The notes below the pieces were generated by a model. The model had not been told where the DNA came from. It was given only the letters and a program-made list of their open reading frames with translations, and searched no databases. A DNA stretch of 12,702 nucleotides from Pseudobdellovibrionaceae bacterium (GTDB lineage Bacteria; Bdellovibrionota; Bdellovibrionia; Bdellovibrionales; Bdellovibrionaceae): contig JBIKLL010000076.1 of the NCBI GenBank assembly GCA_044359815.1, forward strand, positions 1 through 12,702, in the 5' to 3' direction. The position numbers and the translations under genes were made by a program. Position 1 is the first letter of the stretch, and each line of letters begins with the position of its first letter. Shown here piece after piece: positions 7,401 to 12,702 of this stretch.

Positions 7401-8882
7401 TTAAGACCTTTTGTACAGTGAAAGAGCCTTATCCCTTTGGACCGAATGATTGACTATGGGTTTGGGATAACCCCCAAGGCTTCGATCAGCCTCAGGATCA
7501 TGCAGATCAGATGCTGGAATTTTTGATAATTCGGGAATATATTTTCTGATATATTCCCCAGTAGGATCAAATTTTTCGCTTTGTAACCAGGGATTAAAAA
7601 TTCTAAAATAAGGCTGCGGATCACAACCCGTCGAAGCCGCCCATTGCCAGCCCCCATTATTGGCGGCCAAATCGCCATCCAAAAGCTGTTTCATAAAATA
7701 ATTTTCACCAAGCTTCCAGTCGATCAATAAATCCTTAGTCAAAAAGGACGCCACAATCATTCGTACCCGGTTATGCATCCAACCCGTTTGATTGAGCTGT
7801 CTCATCCCCGCATCCACAATTGGAAATCCAGTTAAACCCTGGCACCATTTTTTAAAATAGGTCTGATTATTTTCCCATTGGATATTGCGAAACTGTGGCA
7901 AAAAACTTTGTGATTCCACATCGGGCCTGTGATGCAAAATCGAATAATAAAATTCACGCCAAGCCAGCTCTTTTAAAAACACCGACTGACCCGTCCCGTC
8001 CTGAAAATTTAATTTATTCAGTTGCAATAGGTTCATCGCTTGAACTGCACTTAAACTGCCATTTTTAAAATACACTGATAATCCAGAAGTTCCATTTTCA
8101 GAGGGAAAATCGCGATGAATTTTGTAATCTGAAATTCTGCTCTTAAATTGCTCAAGCCTGTCGTAAGCCACTGAAAACCCAGATTCTGGAATGGAAATAC
8201 TGACGTTTTTAGAATTTTCAGCAATAAATGCATCCAAAGAATCTTTAATAAACCCTGAATCTAATACGTCAGTCCATTTTAAATTAAAAATTTGCTTGGG
8301 TGATTTTGAATTTAAATTTTCTAAATATTTTTTACCACTGCTGCAATTTTGAATACGTTTTTGAATATTAGGATTTTGCAACAGTTGAAACCATTTTTTG
8401 GCATAGGGACTGTAGACCTGATAAAAACCATCGTCTTTTGTAACCTCCCAAGGTTCAAACAAAACATGATCTGGCTCGGTGATTAAATTTATTCCTAGGC
8501 TTTTAAAATAGTCCGACAATTGTTGGTCGCGGTCGTTTGCAAAAGGCTCGTAATCCCGATTAAAGCTAATCGTTGACGGCATATTGTTTTGAAGCTTTGA
8601 AAATATCAATTTAAAAGCTTCCAAGGGTCTGGCATCAACCACCAACAGATCCCCACCCAAACTTTGCATTTCGGATTTAAGTTTTTTGAGACTGTTTAAA
8701 AAGAAGGCGAAACGGTTGTGTGAAAAATCACTTCTGGATAAAAACACAGAATCAAAGCAAAAAATCCCCAATACCCTAGATTGATTCAGACCATGGTTTT
8801 TCTTGAGTGCCAGATTATCAGGTATCCTCAGATCCCGTCTGAACCAATGTATTCCCCATGATTGATTTTTTGATGTATTCAT
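7401..8882 (-). CDS. phrB: Deoxyribodipyrimidine photolyase, class I CPD type (493 aa)
   Basis: Motifs [50 protein letters not shown] and [30 protein letters not shown]. Trp-triad equivalents are present (IQW, IDW, GGWQW). Confidence 0.95.
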   Translation of the reverse strand: [493 protein letters not shown]

Positions 8883-8920
8883 CGAAGCATTTATATATCA
8901 ATTACCAACAAAGTAAATTT

Positions 8921-9369
8921 TTTTTCTGCACCCATCTACAATTGGCCCACTTGTCTGTTGTAAATTTGAATTTTAAAAAAATATTTCTATGATTTTACAC
9001 CTTGTGAATACTTGCTAACGGCCGCAAGCTCATCTCTCGTATTGCATAAATGCAAAGGTAATTTGTTTTTACTGTTTTTAGACACATACAGCGAGCGTGC
9101 GGGGCATATCTCGTGTTGAGTCATTATATAAAAGCAAAAAAATTGCTTTTATATAATGACTCAACACGAGAGATGAGCCCGCGGCCGTTAGCGAGTGTCT
9201 AAAAATAGTGAAAAAATTATGTTTGCATTTACGCAACACCAGATATGCCATGCGCGCTCGCAAATGTATTCACAAGGTGTAAAATCATAGAAATATTTTT
9301 TTAAAATTTAAATTATCCGCAGAAACAAACCACAGACAAGTGGGCCAATTGTAGATGGGTGCAGAAAAA
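8921..9369. repeat. ~450 bp nested imperfect inverted repeat (non-coding)
   Basis: Perfect stems: 8921-8958/9332-9369 (38 bp), 8969-9011/9266-9308 (43 bp) and 9109-9137/9143-9171 (29 bp, 5-nt A loop). Imperfect stem 9042-9085/9195-9236. All checked base by base. Confidence 0.95.
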
Positions 9370-9567
9370 CCAGTCGGAACATAAAAATATTTGTATTTTT
9401 CAGATTGACAGTATCAATCGAGTCATCGCTCTAAGTTAACTTCCTAAAATAATTCAAATTTTTTCTGACCGAAAGCTTTATCATAATAACCAAAAAAAAT
9501 CCTAACCGAATCGGAATTGAGTCTTTATCGTTTTAAGAACATCAATGAAAAAACTTCAGGAGGTTCT

Positions 9568-10206
9568 ATGATCAGTACAAAATTAAATTCCAAATCAATG
9601 GCTGAGGCAAAAAACAGCAGCCCGATTTCAACCAGAAAAATTGTTTCACCCGAGAACCTGAATCCTAACAACACATTATTTGGTGGAGCTTTAATGTCCT
9701 GGATTGATGAAATTGCCTTTATGTGCGCGCGCAGGTTTTCAGAAAACTCCAGATGCGTAACGGTTAATATAGATAATATTTCATTCAGAATGCCCATCAG
9801 GTCAGGGGAACATGTGATACTGACAGCATCTGTGGTGTCTGTTGGCAAAACTTCAATGGAAATCGAAGTCGATGTGTCTAAGGAACTGCACAATAGCGGT
9901 GAGATCATTCACACAAACCGGGCTTTTTTGACTTTTGTCAGTTTGGATGAGAAATCAAAACCCATAGCCGTGCCTAAACTGAAACTAGAAACCGAGGATG
10001 AATTTATTAAAAACCAGCAATCACTGATTCGAAAAAAGGTCAGATTGCGGCTGAAGAATTTCTTTTATAACAAAATGAAAAATCAAACTTATATAAATCA
10101 AAAAGACTCTCAAAAAACTTTATCAAAAATATCACTGGAGAACATTATTTCTGAAATCAGCAAATACACTTGGCTTAGCAAAAACATGCAAATCTTCAGG
10201 AAGTAA
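9568..10206 (+). CDS. Acyl-CoA thioesterase, hotdog fold (YciA-like), 212 aa
   Basis: Motifs NPNNTLFGGALMSWIDEIA, VTVNIDNISFRMPI, VGKTSMEIEV and LTFVSLDE. ATG 9568 is preferred over TTG 9517 because AGGAGG lies at 9558-9563. Confidence 0.9.
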   Translation: MISTKLNSKSMAEAKNSSPISTRKIVSPENLNPNNTLFGGALMSWIDEIAFMCARRFSENSRCVTVNIDNISFRMPIRSGEHVILTASVVSVGKTSMEIEVDVSKELHNSGEIIHTNRAFLTFVSLDEKSKPIAVPKLKLETEDEFIKNQQSLIRKKVRLRLKNFFYNKMKNQTYINQKDSQKTLSKISLENIISEISKYTWLSKNMQIFRK

Positions 10207-10221
10207 AATTTAACTTTAAAA

Positions 10222-10269
10222 ACCAGTGAGATATTTTAAAGAAATATTTCTTTAAAACATCTCAATGGT
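10222..10269. terminator. 48 bp palindrome between convergent genes (possible bidirectional terminator or protein-binding site)
   Basis: ACCAGTGAGATATTTTAAAGAAATATTTCTTTAAAACATCTCAATGGT has a perfect 24-nt core palindrome at 10234-10257 and two mismatched pairs in the outer part. Confidence 0.6.
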
Positions 10270-10282
10270 CGGGTAAGTCTAA

Positions 10283-11215
10283 TTAGAGAGGGTTTTCTGG
10301 AACTAATGGTGGGAAGAAATACAGTGAGCCAAAGGCCCGCTCGTAGTTTGCCCGTGTGTTCACACCATCAAAATAAGTTGGATTTTGTCGACTCAAGCCA
10401 ATCACGTGGTTTCTTAGCGTCACGACGATTTCCTTTGAAATATCTCTGTAAGCAAATGGCCCACTAGTCGGCTGGCAATTGGCATCAGTGTTCATCAATG
10501 CTTCTGAACACCACCTATAGTTTTCAGCAGGTGTGTTGATAAAATATCTTACAGTTACACTGAATTTTAACGACGACGCCCTTTGGGTGCTGGGTTGCAA
10601 AACCACATCAGCTGAAAAATCAACCAGTCTGTCTACAAAAATTCTGCTGTAATCAGCGGTCAAAACCGTATCAGCACCTGGATCAAAAAATAAAACTCCA
10701 GATTTTGCAGGGGTTGGCTTCATATAATAAAGTGCTGTTCGCCTGAAATCACTAACACCATCAGCAGACTTATTGCCCTCTTCTCGGACCCAATAGGCAA
10801 TGGCATCGACATTTGCCCCTGTGTTCAAACCTGACAATGAATTTGCCCCAGTGGCATCATCCACGGTGTCCAGAAATTCATTCATTGCCGGCACTCCTGA
10901 TTTAACTATTCTCAATCCGATGGGCAGGCTGGTTAAGTCTGCTGGGTTTTCCAGAGTATTGTCACCCACAGCATAAGTAAAAAATCTTCTTAAATAATAC
11001 TCGGATCTCATTAGACTATCGTCTGCTGCCGACATTTCTGAATTTTTAAAATAAACATTCTGCGAACGCATGGTTAATTGCGAAGCCAGCAAAACAAAAA
11101 AGCCCAAAATACCCAAGGCAACCAATGATTCAATTAAAGACAAACCTTTTTGATTGTTGAGACCATTCTGACTGCTCAGATACTTTAGAATGTTCGGGCA
11201 CTTAAGGTTTTTCAT
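10283..11215 (-). CDS. Prepilin-type N-terminal cleavage/methylation protein (minor pilin/pseudopilin, PilW/GspJ-like), 310 aa
   Basis: NQKG|LSLIESLVALGILGFFVLLA class III signal with Glu at +5, followed by an amphipathic helix, a beta-rich domain and a C-terminal Cys pair. Confidence 0.85.
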   Translation of the reverse strand: MKNLKCPNILKYLSSQNGLNNQKGLSLIESLVALGILGFFVLLASQLTMRSQNVYFKNSEMSAADDSLMRSEYYLRRFFTYAVGDNTLENPADLTSLPIGLRIVKSGVPAMNEFLDTVDDATGANSLSGLNTGANVDAIAYWVREEGNKSADGVSDFRRTALYYMKPTPAKSGVLFFDPGADTVLTADYSRIFVDRLVDFSADVVLQPSTQRASSLKFSVTVRYFINTPAENYRWCSEALMNTDANCQPTSGPFAYRDISKEIVVTLRNHVIGLSRQNPTYFDGVNTRANYERAFGSLYFFPPLVPENPL

Positions 11216-11225
11216 CGTATAGATA

Positions 11226-11253
11226 CTTTCGGTCTTTTGAGTAAAAAACTAGA
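11226..11253 (-). promoter_or_regulatory. Possible sigma28 (FliA)-like promoter of the pilin-like gene
   Basis: The minus strand reads TCTAGTTT-N12-ACCGAAAG, compared with TAAAGTTT-N11-GCCGATAA. It ends 10 nt before the ATG and there is no SD sequence, so the mRNA may be leaderless or short-leader. Confidence 0.35.
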
Positions 11254-11315
11254 CTCTTATCCAAACGAAAATATTTTTGATGAGCTCCCCTTGGTTTTAG
11301 GTTTTAATTTGATTG

Positions 11316-12509
11316 ATGGATGCATGTCTCAGATTTAGAAATATTATTGTTATAGTGTCGTTGGCGCTCTTGTCTGGCTGCAAGTCCGTCGACACACCTC
11401 CAAACCTGACCGAGCATGAACAAAACCTCAAACAGACTCAGTCCATAATGTGTCATGATGAAACAGATGTTCAAAAGCTGCAACCCTTGGAAACCCAAAT
11501 TCTGAATCCCATTGCCTTTTACCCCATGGGGATCACCAGCAGTCAGGATAGCACTGTGTACACCGAACAAATTAAAAGCCGGATCCTCAGTCACAATGGC
11601 TCTGAAAATTCTGAATTATGGAGCCTTACGGGCTGTGGCCCCTCGTCAATCGAATCAGATAACGAAACCTTTTTAATCACCTGTTATCAATCCAGTTCAT
11701 TGATCAGAATCTCAAAATCCTCTCCAGTAAAAATACTGGATACTTATTTTGGTTACCGCAACGCTTATGGCCTGAGCTCTGATGGCAAAGGTGGATTTTA
11801 TTTTACCTCAGCAGGAACTTTACAAAAAAACTCGCCCAAAGAGGGTGAAATTTATTTTCTGGATTCAGACAAACGCATTCGCAAAGTTGCCGATGGCATT
11901 CATTACGCCGCAGGTCTGGCCGTAATTGAAAAAGGTAAATTTCTGCTAGTGGCAGAACAGCTGCAAAACAGAGTTTTAAAATATAAAATTCAAGAAAACG
12001 GCGACCTAATGCCAATCTATGATCAAACCACCATCGCAGATCCACAAAAAATGGAATCCAAAAAAACTAAAGGCAAAAACAAAAAGGCCAAGCCCGTCAA
12101 AACCAAAACTGCAAAAAAATCAGGTCTAAAAAAATCCAAACGTCCCTTAGCTGTCACCAGCGTTTTTCTGGATTTGGATGATTTAAAATCCCCCTACCCA
12201 GATCCCACGGGGGGACTGAGGGGCCCTGATCAAATCTGGATGAATACAGACAACATGATTTTTGTCAGCCAGTATGCCTCTAGCAGAATTTTAAAATACC
12301 GCATGGAACGCAAAAAATCCAAATTTGTAGGATCTGTGGTGATCGATTCTGAGTTTCAGAACCTGACTCATTTTCTGGTGCAAGGTACAAAGATTTACCT
12401 ATCAGCATCACAGATAAACCCAGCAAATCAAAACCAGGGGATTGTCTTTACCGTCAACGATCCCATTTTGAATTCTCGTCGAAAACTGATTTGTTCGCCC
12501 AATAAATAG
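11316..12509 (+). CDS. SMP-30/gluconolactonase/LRE-like beta-propeller lipoprotein
   Basis: Lipobox LSGC. Propeller-type motifs DGKGGFYFT, GEIYFLD, VADGIHYAAGLAV, LLVAEQLQNRVLKY and GPDQIWMNTDNMIFV. Start is ATG 11316 or TTG 11313. Confidence 0.8.
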   Translation: MDACLRFRNIIVIVSLALLSGCKSVDTPPNLTEHEQNLKQTQSIMCHDETDVQKLQPLETQILNPIAFYPMGITSSQDSTVYTEQIKSRILSHNGSENSELWSLTGCGPSSIESDNETFLITCYQSSSLIRISKSSPVKILDTYFGYRNAYGLSSDGKGGFYFTSAGTLQKNSPKEGEIYFLDSDKRIRKVADGIHYAAGLAVIEKGKFLLVAEQLQNRVLKYKIQENGDLMPIYDQTTIADPQKMESKKTKGKNKKAKPVKTKTAKKSGLKKSKRPLAVTSVFLDLDDLKSPYPDPTGGLRGPDQIWMNTDNMIFVSQYASSRILKYRMERKKSKFVGSVVIDSEFQNLTHFLVQGTKIYLSASQINPANQNQGIVFTVNDPILNSRRKLICSPNK

Positions 12510-12553
12510 ATCTATTGCTTGAATACAAAGCTGAATTTCATTAGGCTAATCAG

Positions 12554-12702
12554 GTGGATTCGCACTTTATTACTTGGGTTGAATACCTGCTCAGATTTTC
12601 TCATCTGGTGGCTGGCATCTATTGGATTGGCAGCTCATTTTATTTTATCTGGCTGGATTCATCCTTTGAGCCCCCAGAAAAACCTCAAAAAAACACAGAT
12701 GG
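12554..12702 (+). CDS. puuD: Urate hydroxylase PuuD-like membrane protein, 5' part (runs off the window)
   Basis: Not in the ORF track. GTG 12554, following an in-frame TAG at 12542, gives MDSHFITWVEYLLRFSHLVAGIYWIGSSFYFIWLDSSFEPP. This matches the PuuD N-terminal pattern W..LLLRWxHxxxGIxWIGSSFYFxWLD. Confidence 0.8.
   Translation, partial: MDSHFITWVEYLLRFSHLVAGIYWIGSSFYFIWLDSSFEPPEKPQKNTD

Noticed and set aside
9012..9261. CRISPR array or integron attC interpretation of the four related C/E modules
   Set aside because: The copies are degenerate and in opposing orientations, the intervening D segments are mutual inverted copies rather than unique spacers, and there is no cas or intI gene in the window. 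The element is also far longer than an attC site.
9078..9263. Track ORF, 61 aa (-), inside the palindrome
   Set aside because: It lies wholly within the inverted repeat, has no SD or motif, and is probably incidental.
8921..9369. Retron msr-msd or autonomous IS
   Set aside because: No reverse transcriptase or transposase in the window and no target-site duplication evident. A non-autonomous element remains possible.
2120..12045. Short ORFs nested in or antisense to long genes (2120, 2887, 4863, 5258, 5573, 6262, 6415, 6446, 7454, 8051, 9525, 11304, 11803)
   Set aside because: These are shadow frames of well-supported CDSs. Those at 6262-6753 arise from the stop-poor Thr/Pro repeat.

Overview
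AT-rich bacterial chromosomal window rich in predicted secreted and surface proteins. The FQNC-type lipoprotein leader and the orphan prepilin-like genes suggest a Bdellovibrionota-like predator, which is an inference. Recognisable genes are a class I CPD photolyase, a hotdog-fold acyl-CoA thioesterase, an SMP-30/gluconolactonase-like lipoprotein, the 5' end of a PuuD-type urate hydroxylase missed by the ORF track, a vWA lipoprotein and two prepilin-like proteins. Four elements stand out. (1) A ~450 bp non-coding nested inverted repeat (8921-9369) lies between the divergent photolyase and thioesterase genes; it has three perfect stems, and two of its internal modules are swapped between the arms. 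(2) An 842-aa prepilin-like protein ends in a Thr/Pro stalk, a Hint/intein-like domain with full Cys...His-Asn-Ser termini, and a 35-aa tail. (3) The vWA domain is split by a ~290-aa helical insert. (4) A start-less C-terminal fragment of a surface protein (3988-4203) is hidden under a spurious ORF. All calls come from reading motifs by eye; no database searches were run.
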